Position numbers and translations under genes: made by a program. The notes below the pieces were generated by a model. It searched no databases. It was given only the letters and a program-made list of their open reading frames with translations, and had not been told where the DNA came from. Shown here one piece after another: positions 1 through 13,600 of a DNA stretch of 64,000 nt. How positions within the stretch are numbered: position 1 is the stretch's first letter; each line of letters opens with the position of its first letter. This DNA is from Balanoglossus misakiensis (lineage: Eukaryota > Animalia > Hemichordata), in assembly GCA_040954595.2 (NCBI GenBank), contig CM082583.2, positions 6,136,849 through 6,200,848 of the forward strand, written 5' to 3'.

Positions 1-2415
1 ATGATGGTCAGGAACAGCGCACTGTGGCCCGCTCCTGATGATTTTTCTCAGTCACGACCACCCAATGGCATAGTACACCATGATGTTCTCTGGACAGGGT
101 GGAAGAAATCACACAAGAGGAAAGACAAGACCAGAGTAAGCTGGACTTCCGATTAATACTTGGTGGTCCGCTTTATTGCGCGTTCACGCATAACACTGTA
201 ACTTTAACGCGTGCCACGAGGCGCATCACTCTCGAAAAGCCGCATGGTATCCGCTCGGACAAAATGGGACGCCCTGCGTCAAATTGCTTTCTCGAGGAGT
301 GTAATTTGGTTGTTGAGCCTGAGTGCTCGGGATGGCCTTTCAGATTGGCCATTGAGAGTAAATGGAGTGTCAATTTTTACTGATAATGGGAGAGAACCCG
401 ACGAAATTTTGCGTTGCACGTAGGTGTAAATTGAATGAAACTATAATCAAGCCCACGATGCAAGCCTGCTGCAATAATGCAATATCTAGATGGTGTATAG
501 ATGGTGTATAGGTTCGCACGTGGAGTTCTTAGCTTTGTATTTCTACGCAACATTGTATAGTGTACTGTACATTATAATTGTTTATGCTCTAATTTCTCAA
601 GATTTTGAGAATAGCGACTTCTCTCCCAACCCACAAACAATATTTCAAGAAAGTCAGTAGAAACAGTGCAGGCCTACATCATATGGGGAGCGAATAATTT
701 CTTTTCCGTCACGACAAGGTCTTGGCAAATGAACAGGAAATTAAACGTTAGCAGCTGCAATAGAAAACAGTCAACACAGCGTTGTAATATTCTGTCGATC
801 TAAAACAAAAGTAGGGTGGATGTATTTTATTTTTATTTGACCTTATTTAAAGAGCCTTAGGGTAGCCTGGTAAACTATAAAAATAGTTTGATACATTAAA
901 CATTATGGTCAAGGTTATCCAAATAATGGCGCACCACATGAAGTTGGACACACGCGGAGCTGCTTTCAATAACACGCGTATGCCGAAAGTTTATTGTCAG
1001 TTTCGTCATCGGCAGCAGTTCAGTATAGTCATTCTTGACTGAACCGGCAAGATACGAAACTCGCAGTATGAACAATATCACAGCTGCGCATTTGGCTGGA
1101 CTTATTTACATATCGCAAAGCACGGGTTTAACGGCCCCGTAAAGTTCGCATGCGAGCCCGATTGCTTGGCGAACTCCGGTCAACCTGTACGTCAGTGCTC
1201 GCGTGTCAGAACTGATCAGGGCTCGAGTGGCACGAGAATTACTTGCGTCAGCCAACAAAACATTACGTCATCAGTAAGTTACAGCTCGTGTTGGATCCAA
1301 ATGGATTTCCGCGTGTTGCAGAAGCAAAAGAAGGTACTATGTAATTGGAAAGGGACCCTGTAATTATATAACCGAAAGAACGGAATATTTTCCGCTCATT
1401 ACGAGATCTCGCGAGACTTGGTTATTTATACAGTGTATATATTATATATATACATGTATATATCTGATCAGGCACACATTCCTTTCAAGCAGTTCTATGT
1501 AACTGTATGTTACCTTACACACCGTCGGCAACCCACGTCTGTACGCATGCGTTTATGCGAAGATGACGTCACACGTATTAAAGTAGCAATGTTGAAGAAA
1601 CAAAGATGGGCCCATCTCACGCGTGCATGGAAACGTTAAGTTTCGCTGCACGATTAAATGATATGATGAACGCAAAGTCTAGACATCTCACATATCACTT
1701 AGTTCGTTGCAACTCAATCCTCCGGTGAAAAAATCAATCACCGCGAATTGACAGATTGGAGAAGAAAATAAAAAGTGCCTCAGATAACGTCTGGTTTGGG
1801 GACGGGGTCAGCTGTGATTGACATTTTATTTGCGAAATTTTCTGAAAGAGATTTTCAGCGCAGGCTAGCCGTTTGACATTACATTAGATTCTCTCGGCTG
1901 ATGTCTTATTCCGGCAGAAACCCTCAAGGCAAAACTTAAGTATCGTTTTTCGTCGTTTACTCCACAAATAACACCTACGAAAATTACTTTGTGTTGGATT
2001 GCCTCGGGTGTTGAAGCAATGGCACCTACGTGTACTCTCCCTTCGCTACTTGACTATGCCGTCTTGGTTCAGCCGCGCTCAGTATTACTCATTCAATGAC
2101 AGGTGTTGCGTGATGAAATTCCAAATCTCGAAGAACAATGTGTCGCGCTTTTATGAAAAGGAACTCATATTGCAGGCTGTTGAAACGTCGCTCAAGAGGC
2201 TGTAAAAGACGAATGGGGATATATTTCATCGTACAGCCCGAAGACATATGAATATTAAAAAAGAAACTAGATCAACGCAAGGAAATTGGGCACGCCAATC
2301 AAGTAGAGTTTGAATTTAATTTATTCTAATAGAAATCTGATTTCTGTTTTGATTTGTTCGTTTATAGCACTCTGATGTTATTGCGGTTCCTTGGTCAGAG
2401 GAAATATAAAACTTA

Positions 2416-2633
2416 GGGGGTTTCGCCATATCTGTGGATGTGTTTGAATTCGCTGGGTTGATTCAGAATGCAGCGTACTATAGCAGGCTATACCGCGCTA
2501 TAATGACATCAGCACTTTTGACCCGCCCTACTTTTACAACCTTGGTGAAATACTGCACCTGGACACGCAGTTCAGATCATCTTTAAACGGTAACGGACAC
2601 ACAAAATGCACACTTTTATGGCGATAAATCCCC
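2416..2633. mobile_element. MITE candidate, ~220 bp
   Basis: TTA|GGGGGTTTCGCCATA ... TATGGCGATAAATCCCC|TAA: imperfect TIRs with TA on both sides. Confidence 0.5.
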
Positions 2634-3354
2634 TAACGCCATGGAATGTTACAACTTGACTTATGCGTCGTACAAAAAATTGCATTTTCCCTCAACCCTT
2701 CAGGCCAACCAGGGTCACCGCAAACAACACGTTTCTTCATGTTCGGAAAAGTACTAAACAAAAATCAATCAAAATTCCGGTCGATTTTCCTATCTCGAAA
2801 AGTTGGTTTTGATCTAGGAATCAATAACAGCGAGAGGGAGGTTTACTATATCGATTCAAGTAACAGCGAATGTATATAGATGTATCTACAGCAAAATGGC
2901 CAAGTCCCAACTCCCAAGACAAATGTATGACGTGGTGATATCCACTTACTGAAGTCGGTAATTGAGCACGCTCGTTTGCAGCGTCAGAAAAGTGTATCAC
3001 GTTACACGATCTCTGTGATGTGTTGAGATTGATTTCTGAAGAAATACATGTAAACATATACACACCCTTTCATCTCGCCATAGCTTTAGATGTTATGTTA
3101 GATAATTCTAAAGGTAAACGTGGAGCGACAAAAGGTACCCTATCTCAGGCGGAATGCGCATGCCGTGCGTTTATTGTTGTCAGGATAATCCAATTAAAAT
3201 TTTCATAAATGCGTCCATTCAATTTGTAGTTGACACCCCTTTGGCCGTTATGATTATACATGACGTTAGTGGTTCGGGTATTGCAAACTCAAAATAACAA
3301 AACTTGTAAATACAGGGCAGATAGAAGGTTACTTGTCACAGTTCATGTTCATGT

Positions 3355-3593
3355 ATATCTACCTATCTATATACATGTATCTATCTATCTGTATATCTAT
3401 CTACAATGTATCTACTAGATCTACTATCTAGGAAATTTTCGCGATATCAACAGAGGCGATTTCGCGACGATTATTTTCCGTAAAAAGCATTCTACTATAC
3501 ACACTGTTCTTACGCGACTATTTATTTTCGTGTTTTTGGCTCTCGCGAAGTTCGCGAAAATTTCTCGTTTTACAGTATCTATCTACACGTCTC

Positions 3594-3629
<36 letters not shown>

Positions 3630-3750
3630 GCCAGCTAACTATCTAGCCATATATCTATCAAGCTACCCATCGCACCATCAATCAAGCCATACCAGCAAGC
3701 CACGCATCCATACATACATACATACATCCAGTCAGCCAGCCAACCATCCA
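3355..3750. repeat. Compound microsatellite region (TATC)n/(TGTC)n/(CATA)n/(CCAG)n
   Basis: Direct reading; interrupted by a MITE-like piece at 3431-3575. Confidence 0.9.
3431..3575. mobile_element. Truncated MITE-like element, TA-targeting type
   Basis: 13-bp perfect inverted repeat GAAATTTTCGCGA (3432-3444) / TCGCGAAAATTTC (3552-3564); right end ..TTTTACAG|TA; outer left TIR missing. Confidence 0.6.
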
Positions 3751-4769
3751 AGCTGAATCATTTTACTGGCAGTCTTGTGATTTGTGTTTATACACAATCC
3801 ATTTGCTGCCTTCCCGTGCAATCACCTGCAATCGAATTGTCGTGTCTGCTGTTCAGGTTAACACATGACATTTTCTTAACCTATCTCCCCCACGTTTATG
3901 TCATTTTGCAACACACAAAGAGTTGCAATCTCTGCTCGAATAGAATCCAAATCGAGCACGATTTCTGTGAAGCTTGTTATCTGATTTATCTTATACTTGA
4001 CATCTGGCTTCTCTGATTCAATGGTGTATTGCAAGAGCTCTCAGATTAGCCCTTTCACAGTCGTTCCAAATTGAACAGACTGTCACAATTTATGCCGAAA
4101 ATTAAGGTCACTACAAACCCATTCAGATGGAAATAGCGCGATTAAAGGGCTCCTCCGCTCGAACATTTCTGAGGTACCTATAAGCATGTACGCCAGCATT
4201 GAATCGGTTAGCCGCCACTGTTCTTTGATTTCAGCACTCATTTTCTGTCAATAATATAACATCAAACTTTCATGTCAATTTACTGGGTTCAACTTACATC
4301 ACTTGTGTTTGCAACCGTTACACAATCATGTGATTGCCTGGGCGCATGTTAGGAGCAGTACATTAAAATCTCTGTTTTTCTGTGTTCACAGTCCCCGTAG
4401 TTAATGTTATTTGCATATGAATATCTGCATCAGCTTGCTTCATGTGTATAGTGCGTGAATCTAGACTCTTCACAGTATTCCGTGCCCGTTAGTAATGAAT
4501 TTCTAAATATTGGAATGTGCTAACATGATATAATAGGGCAGCTGAAAAAAATAGAAATTATGAATTGCCAAATAATAAACTTGACAACAGAAAGCTTTTG
4601 CAGACAACAGTATACAAAACCGAATATTTATCATTTTATTCCGGTCTCCGGTCTGCAAGGATATCAACTCTGGCCGAAAGCTTCTTACATACGTCAACAT
4701 GAATGATAACCGATCTCAATATTATCTGAAACCAGATTGACAATCATATCATACATGTACGTGTGCAAG

Positions 4770-6560
4770 TCTGCATAGGTAATGTAAACGCGTTTCGCAA
4801 GGACTTTTGAGAGGAAAGGCGAGAGGAAAACGAGCCGACAGCTATTAATATCATTCTTACAGCCGTCCTTGTGGATTGGGACAAAACGGGCATACAAGAT
4901 GCTGGGGAATACACCATTTGATAATGGCATGATATATGGGCAACATCGCCGGCGATACACGACGCACAGACCTTCAGAAATTTCGTAGACAGACCATCAT
5001 CTCCAGCTGACTACTTTTTCATCCAATATGAGAGAGATGCTTTTTCACGAAATCGATGGTGACCGGTGGTATTCGGAAGACGGGTGTATAGAGTTGCCGA
5101 CACGTGGAGTAGGCCTAACCCGTGCTTTAGTGAGATTCGGGTCCAGATTGGTTTTAGAATTCGGGTGGAACTTTTACAAGGAATTGCTATTGAAAGCTTG
5201 GATAATGCCCCTATGGTTTTTAGTGTCTTTCCATCATGAAGGAAAACCGCACTACGTGAACGACTATCACCACGAGACTAAAGTTCAATTCAACTACGCC
5301 GAAAAAAGCAGATGTGTAAACTGGCTCTCTCCGCGAAAATATTCCATCTGTTTTGCAGACTGGGACAATAATTGTATGAACGATAATGACAAGAGATTTA
5401 TTTCTTCTGTAGAAATGTTTCTCACTAAATGCTTTTTTGATGCGCACCATTTATCAATTACAGTATTTTTCTTTTCTTTAAATCAAGTGAGGTGAACGTG
5501 TCGTGATGTGTGTCTAGTGTATTCTCCAGACCTGCCAGGGGCGTGTGCCTGGACAGAAGTATTAGTATTCAGGCAGCAACGGAGCCGACTTTGTATATCT
5601 CGCCGAGATACTATGAGAATGAATACTATCTTAGGACACGTCATTTGCCCTGGGGGCGAAATCGCTGTAAAATTGACTGTTCTTATCTCGTTCATTTTGG
5701 TAAAACCTGGGCAGCCATGTCGTCAGTTCTGTGCACAATAAACTGATCGCACAATTCTCTGTGAAATTCTTTGTATCATGTTTATAGTTAAAGGCTGTCG
5801 TTACTTTCTTATGGAGAGATTCTGCTGGGTTTTCTGAGTAACAATGGATGGTGTAAAGTCGAGAATTCGTAAAGGGTGCTTTATGTGAAACTGGCAATGT
5901 TAAGGCTTTTGAAACCTGGAGTAAACAGATATGATGAATTGTCTGTTGTAAGCGAAGCTATATCAAAACGCGAAAGGTCTAGGATGAATCCCGTACAGTA
6001 TCTCCTAACTTGGCACCGCGTGGCGTCAAACTATCTACGGGCAGACGAATATCGACTGAATGTAATCAGGGATCTTCGAATGCTTTGGTAGACTACGCGC
6101 GCTCACTGCGTCGTCATCGTCGTATAAAGATGTACATGTATGGTTTACTCTCGTGTATTTATATTGACAGGAATTCTTCTTTCAGAGAGCGACCTTTGGG
6201 TTCTCTGTTTCCGTGGTGATCCTCGGAAAACAAAGGCCTTGTCGGAAGTGCGAAAACGACAACTACTTTATGAAAATTCCGTCATATTTTTATCAAATTA
6301 GAATATGTAGCTTTGTTGTGTGAATAGAGGCGCAGAAAGACAAATGCAATTGCAAATGGACACCTTATTACATGTACCTCGTGAAAAATAACATGCATGG
6401 CAACATTTTCAAACGTAACGCATATGGGAAACCTTTTATTTCCTTTTATACTAGTCTTTGAATTTAAAAATGTATACCGAACATCAAAGAAATTCCAAAT
6501 GTGTTTTATTCTCAATGCAACTTATGTGTCCTACACCCGAACCTGGTTGAATCCATATTT
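4770..6560 (-). mobile_element. Decayed LINE (CR1/Jockey-group-like) ORF2, pre-RT region and start of RT, interrupted
   Basis: With frameshifts: SAGDDGLSTKFLKVCA (~4965-5010) and LSNGVFPS..FVPIHKDGCKNDINSCRLV..LSKVLAKRVY (4780-4925), matching the typical KSxGPDG..FLK and GxFP..VxPIHK..NYRPIS..SKVxE motifs. A weaker match FLNSKT..FP lies near 6420-6500. Confidence 0.7.
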
Positions 6561-6599
6561 CTAAACGATGTGACCAACGTATGGGCCTACTCTATTTGG

Positions 6600-7610
6600 T
6601 TGCCATTTTAGACCCAGTAATTTTCTCACCCTGAATGGTGGTGATTATTGAAGGTGTGTACATTTTATTGCAGATGCTATCGATTACAAACGACAGCCCA
6701 ATAGCATATAAAATAACTTCAATAAAGTTTTTGACTGTCGTGGCACACCTCGTCCGTCATCTGCGTTATGATTGGACGAATCATTGTCACGTGGTGTGTG
6801 TGAGTTTGACCCGATACAGATATCAGTTAACAGTTTTCGAAATTCACCTCGCCAGGTAACACTTTTGACAATTCGCGAAGTATAAATTCGCTGGGGTGTG
6901 ATACAAAACACGCTCACGGCCATTCAATACATGTACCGGTCTCGTAAGTCGATCTCGTATGTTTTTATTTATTAACAATTGTTGGCACTGTCTTTCATCG
7001 TAACTCCAAATCTTAATTCTAATAGACCTGTGCGTGTTGTTATCAAAGGCTATATGTCACCATCGCGTCATGTGAGGTCTGATGTGCGTCAAAGCTCAAT
7101 GATCGGGCCAATATTGTTCCCTCTGTATTGCCGACTGTCATTATGCTTCATCATGCTCAATGTATGCTGATGATGCACAAAATATCGAACAATTGGTTCA
7201 CAGCATGAGATTGTCTTTCTCCGCAAGCCAACGTTTGGCAATTTATAGCAATGGTGCACTACATGTGCAGAGATGCGCTACCGTCACTTCCTCCGACAAA
7301 AAGACCACACCATCCGTGCAATTATGGTGTTGTTGATGGTGACGATGATGATGATGGACCTCTTTGTCGCTTTGAGATATTACAGTTCTTGGAATTTTGC
7401 TTTCCGCTAAGCTGACGTTAAATATTCATGTAGACAACAGAAAAGCCTTAAGAATATCTTTAGTAAACGCACATATGCTAATTTCTCCAACATCTCCATT
7501 TTAAGGTTCCTGTGCTACAATGTATTTGACAAACCATCTGGAGTGTGACGGCACCTTTGGATCACCAAGGCCACTGACGCAAATTGACAAAATTGAACGT
7601 GACTGTGCAA
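6600..7610 (+). mobile_element. Decayed LINE reverse transcriptase, downstream part
   Basis: FIADAIDYKRQPNSI*NNFNKVFD (DFSKAFD-like, ~6664-6735); SNRPVRVVIKG..VRSDVRQSSMIGPILF (SGVPQGSxLGP-like); YADD at 7163-7174; LGILLSAKLTLNIHV; QIDKIER. Confidence 0.85.
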
Positions 7611-10600
7611 AAGAAATTGTTTTAACAAAATTGCTTGAGACGTCAGAGCCAAAAAAACTGATTCATCCCACCAACCGAGTTGTGAGAGAAACACGTGACC
7701 ACCACAGTTACTGCCTTTTAATTCGTCGCATTGTCATTTGTTTTCCCTGGGGAACGACGTTTAGAGTTGGACCGACGAAAGCAGATGGCTACACGTAATT
7801 TTGATTGACAACGACGGTACAGCCCCGTGTAAAAATGTTTAAGGGGTACAAAAAATTGAAATTAAATTTCTGTAGATATGTATTTTTGAATTGCTCCTCA
7901 GTAAAATACAACTTGTCTCCCGAGTCCTTCTATTTTTGTCAATTTATGGATGTTTTTAATAAACTGAAGTAGGCTGTGTGATCAATCCTGTCGATATAGG
8001 TCACGACTAGGGAAAAAAACTTGCCATCAGTGGCAGCTAATCGGTGAATCGTTGTTAGCCACCAGGCATTTCTAGTTAGAGTCCTTTATAAATATAAATT
8101 GAAATCGACAATCAAATTATTTCGAGCCGATATCATAGGACGGCGCATATGGAAACATATAACTGGGCCCGGCATTCCAATATGCCGCGCACTAAATATG
8201 TACCCAGCGTTTTGCCGTTTGTTTTCGTAATATTTCCAAGCACGCCAAACTCAAAAGAAATGAGACTTGTCCTTTCAGTTTGCCAGTGCATTCAACTTAA
8301 CGAGAACAACACGTTTGAAATAACAATCTGCCAACAATCACATGCAAAATTTGACCATTCGCCCTGTCGCTTTAAAACCTCGATAATGGGAATAGTATTT
8401 TCCAATTTCGTTTGTGTTTCGAATGAGTCACACGCTTACCACTTGAATCAACGTTACGACGGTGTTTATGTTTTTCCCGCCCAAATTTCGCATCATTTCT
8501 GCACGAAATGAACTCTGTATCACCAATAAGGTACAATGAAATTACAAAATTGCCTTCCATTGTCGTGTTTTTCACGAAATCACTATTCCACGTTTGTCGA
8601 CTGCAATTTCCCCCGAAACGGGCCATAATCGCCCACGTCACTGGGCTGTAACGCGGGGGTCACCGCCGCGTACTTTTTCAGAACTGATCACTCTTCTCTA
8701 GCATATAGCAGTATATGCACGTGACAAATATTAGTGAACCAAGGGATCGCTCTCTCTCTCCCTGCATCGACCACGCTTTTCCTGTAGAATGACTCTTCTT
8801 TGCGTGCCTTCGGGGGTTGTTGAAATGAAGCCACGTTACAGTCTGCACGGACAAATGTGTATCCATTTGTGGCTTAGGCTTATCGTTCGCCTTTTTTATT
8901 TTGCCTTCTCAGGGTCTCCGGCTGATCGCACTCGGAGCACGGACTGATCAAATCATGGACGATTCGATACATTCGGTATTTCGACTGTCGCGGTGAATAC
9001 GTGCAGGAACAATTTAGAAAAAAATGAGTGGTTGAATTTCTGATTTGAAAGGCACAATGGAGTACGTTGCAGTGTGAATTTGTTTGACGTCACGTTTATA
9101 GAATATGACGGTGTATTTATACTGAAAGCACGGCTAGATTGACTGGCCGGCATTAAAATTAGTCAAATAGAGTCATAGATTATAGCAAAGAATAGTAAGT
9201 GCATAATATTCAAGAAATTCTGATTAATTCTCATTGCTCAGTCTAGCATGAACTACATTCTTCGATTGGTTCTAATTTGTGAGTATTCACTACTTGATTT
9301 TGGAGGGCGTTTGTACTTTTTATTTTTTTATGACAAAATAAGTTTGAACTATTTAGCGCCATAGTTCACACATGGGAGCTAATGTTATATCGATTTTTGC
9401 CTGTATGTCTGTCGTTGTGTGTCTCTCTGTCTATCTGCCGTCATTGAGATATCGATATTACACAGGATGGATTTTCTGATAGTACACACAAGTTACACCT
9501 TTTCCTACATTCGTCATGAAACACACGAACGCTTCCGGTATTACACATTTTTGTGTCGTGAAAAAACAACTCAGTCAAAGACAGAGCTTTCCACTAGCAT
9601 ATCCCGGTCTTTTTGAAGAATGTGTGATTATAAATATGTTGTCACGAACCTCACAATCCACCCCGCGCAAAAGACATTGAACAGTTGCATGACAAAAACA
9701 TTTCTAAGTTGCGCATTTTTCAGTATTCTATTCCAAACGCGGGAGCACAATCAGTAATTATATCTGCTTCGTGTTTAGGGGTTAAAGCCGCCAGGGTCAT
9801 ATTAAATTGGCAGTGTGCCTAATGAAAAGGCATATTTGACGTAAATAAATACATTTGCAATGGATTTACATCGGTGTATCATTACTGGATCGACCACACA
9901 ATTTATGGGTCAGCCATTCTGAGTCGTTAAAATGACGATGATTTTTTTTTCAAAATATACTTGTCCCTGATAATTATGCTAAAACTGAAAAAAGACGCCA
10001 GTTGTTGACGCCATGTTAATGTTGTGGTCGACCGGAACGATACGGATCTACACAATGAACGGCATGCACATGTTGTGGGCGTGCCCGCACCCAGAAGGCC
10101 ATGTTTATAGCTCTCTCTATTTTCCCTTGGCGACTGTAATTATAGTTTACGTAAATCTCAGAAGTCACGTGACATGATAATACTCCGAACTTCCTCGAAC
10201 CTTGCGGACAGGCTGTTTTTCGTGTTTAATAATTTAGGTTTTGGGCACTTACTTAGTCCATGCCCAGATTACGGATCAAACTTTTACAGTCACGTGACCA
10301 TATTATGGATTATGAAGCACAGCAAAGATGGAAGGCAAAAGTAAAGCCTTACTTATATTTTAATATGCTTCTCAATAAGAAAATTTTAGAACGTCAAATG
10401 GTAAAATCTTTGTAATTCAAATACGATTTAGCAAACCAAACTCTTGATTATGCCCGACATTATTAATATCTGTATATACATTGTCAGCATTTTAGGCAGT
10501 AATCTTTCTGTCGATTTACATCTTTCGGTAACTTACAGTAAATGAATAATAATGGTTAATAAGGCTTCCCTTTCTCAGGGGATCAGGAAGTGTACGGGGA

Positions 10601-13600
10601 GATAGTGACTTGCAAATCATAAACATCTTCATTTAATACGATTTGAGTGGGTTGTTAAAGAACTCGTACACTACTTCAAGAGAGTACCCCACGAAATAAA
10701 TTAGGTTTTATCGCGGTAATAAAACTGTATCATGTGACGATGGTTCTTTGTGCTAATTTGCTGATTTTGAGTTTATGTTGGGGTGTCATTAATACTCCAA
10801 GCATGTTTACCTGTAAGATCAACAAACGATGAAACGTCACTGAAGTTTTGAAGTATATCAGGATAGTCTGAGTTACCACTCAGACAGAACAGGTAAAAAA
10901 ATCCAAAGACAATGTTGATTGTCGCTGTACGTCTCTCAAACCGGAGAGATGGGATATTTTCCAAATCAGTAATTTGAATGCGATTTTTCACTACCTTCAA
11001 GTGGTGTTTATCTGAAGGTCGCGTTGCCCCGGCTTTCTGCCATTCAGCCTGAAGGCATGGCTGCTACGCAGACACAACCCTTATTCATGTATACCGCACA
11101 ATGTGCATATGTCACAAAGCTAACCCTGATTGCGTTGCATTATTACCGCCCACAGACAATCGCTTGGAATATTGTCTAATTACCTTAATTCGTATGGACA
11201 TCGTCTATGCACGCACCATGTTTACCGCTATACGAAACAACCGGAGGCAGAATTAACTGACATGCAACAGGTATTTTTTGTGATAACAAAGAGTAAGTTG
11301 CTGTGTAAATTTATACCTAATGCATTCTGCTTTTTTTTTAACTTGCGCCCGGATTTAACAATAAGCGACGTTGCTAGAAAAACTGGTCAATAAGGTGAAA
11401 GTGTGTGTGCGACTCTGTCACCCTCTTCAGTACAGGCTTGTCACATACAAGCATATGTGTTCGCCGAGCTGATCTTCCTGTTATTTCATTTCTAGGTAAA
11501 CCCCCTTCCAACTAATAGGTCGGTTAGGCGTCATTGCTACCTACATACTTAGCGTGAACGATGATACATTATTCACCTGTCCGCTTCGTCATGGTTGTTG
11601 ATTGCTATATTATCGGTTTCGTGTATTTTTTCATTTTTCCTATAAAAATTAACAACCTCCCTTATTAAGGTCCGCAGATACACAATTAACAAGGACGGCA
11701 AGCTCCGTTTCCTGCGTCACTTGCGAATTTGGTCACGTATACGAACTCAAACGCTTAAGGGGACACTTATATGAGGTAGTAGAGACTTTCCAGTGTCTGA
11801 AACTGTCACCATGGCAACTGTTGTTTGGCGCTGAGAACGTAACAGCGGGTTCGTTTACAGTGAAGAAAAAATCGTCATTTCGATGCGTGATAAAATGAAA
11901 CACGTTAGCGCAGGGTTGGGATAAACCCTACAATAGCCAACCTGTTGATGTCCGATTGAGCATAGACTTTTGTCTGTATTTTACTATACCCTCTGTTATC
12001 CTGGAAACCCACAATATGTTTTATTTGAAAAAAAACTTGATGACAGAATTGCGAAAAATAATCCCAGGGATTATTTAAACCACCAGACGTTTCAATTATT
12101 ATATTTATACAAACATATGAGCTCACCGCGGAAAAGAAATTGCGTTGTTTGCGCAACGCGGGAAAACATTATACATGCTATAGTTACGGCCATCGGAAAT
12201 GTATTGCCGGGTAAACCTCTGAGGAAACAAAAACAACAGGCGCCACCCCAATACACCCTCTCTCAGAGACCACAACTTTGGTGCCACTACTCGGTCCTGA
12301 ACACATCAGGTATACCTATTCAATGCGAAAGTTTTTTTCTAAAGCTTCTACGAAGCACCAAATGGTTTTGCTCCTGGCTATGTTTAAGTCTAGTCGCGCC
12401 GATCCTTCACTTAGAGTATTTTTCATCCAATAAAAAGTGTTTTATTATATGTGCATCCCGGTACAGACACAAATCGCATGACAGATGCGCTTCTCCGCTG
12501 GAGCCGCGCATCCAGAGAATCGTCTGCCCCTGAACTCCCCGCCAGATGTCTGCTCCAGATAGGTTACTCTACAAAGAACCCCCCAGGCTAAAGTTTTGAT
12601 CGTGCTTTTTACCATCTGTTTGTCAAGCGCCGGTGCGCACGGCTTCGTGTCGCATTATGGGCGCTCCATAATTTCTTTGATTAGTTTGATAGGCGAACGG
12701 CATAAAATACCTGACAAGGGTAGAGTCACCTTAAAGGGACCATGCAGCGCCGGCTTTGTGAAAAGACCGCGTGCTTTACCGAACATAACACGCTGACACC
12801 TGCGTCAGTGTCGCCGCTAACTTTGGATTGATACATGTACGCTGTTGCTCTTGCATATTCAACACCCCCGACGGGTAAATGTGCTGTACACGCAGTCCGA
12901 GAATATAAGGCGGACCATCAACATTGATTACGGAAAATGTAACAGTAAAAACCGAACAAATTTGCTCGACTCAAAAGTAATGCGTGTGACGAATATCCTA
13001 TACGCACACAAGTGGCGGGGTTTCAAAGAAACCTTCTGGACTGGACAGTATAGGTTGTTAGCATAGAGAGCGCGAAGTCAGTGAACCCGCAGGGTGTTTC
13101 AAAACAACGTAAACTTGGAAACAGCGACAGGGTCGACGAAAGGTCTCCCTGCTAAGTTACTGACATCGGCTTATTTGGCGCACAGCCATGCACCGACTGT
13201 TTCATTCCGTGTTTACTTTTCACTGTACATGTAGTCTTACGGACCGATGCTCAATGTCCCCCGTCTGCCGTGCATGTCTCCGTTGCCCATCTCATAGACG
13301 CCAGCCACCTCGCTCTTAAATCACACTTCACCGTCACCGTGAGCTCTTGACAACAGCAGCTTCCAATCTACGCCGTCCCCGTAAACGATGATGGAAGATA
13401 TCGTTTATGGACCTTTTTGGTAACAAGCTTCTTCCCTCTTGTATTTCAGCAGTTGATGGCTGCCTGAAGGGTCGCTCCAATTAAGGCCGCTCTCTCCACT
13501 CTCCCCAATAATTTGAACTTGAAGGCCCTGCTTTCTGTTCTGTTCTGTCTCCATTTTATGCGGGTGAATATATCTCGTGGAAAAGTTCAAACGCATCACA

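Noticed and set aside
487-510. Short tandem duplications (here and at ~26172-26197)
   Set aside because: Ordinary 11-12 bp slippage duplications.
11970-12533. 187-aa plus-strand ORF
   Set aside because: No ATG start, domain motif or splice support; likely a chance ORF.
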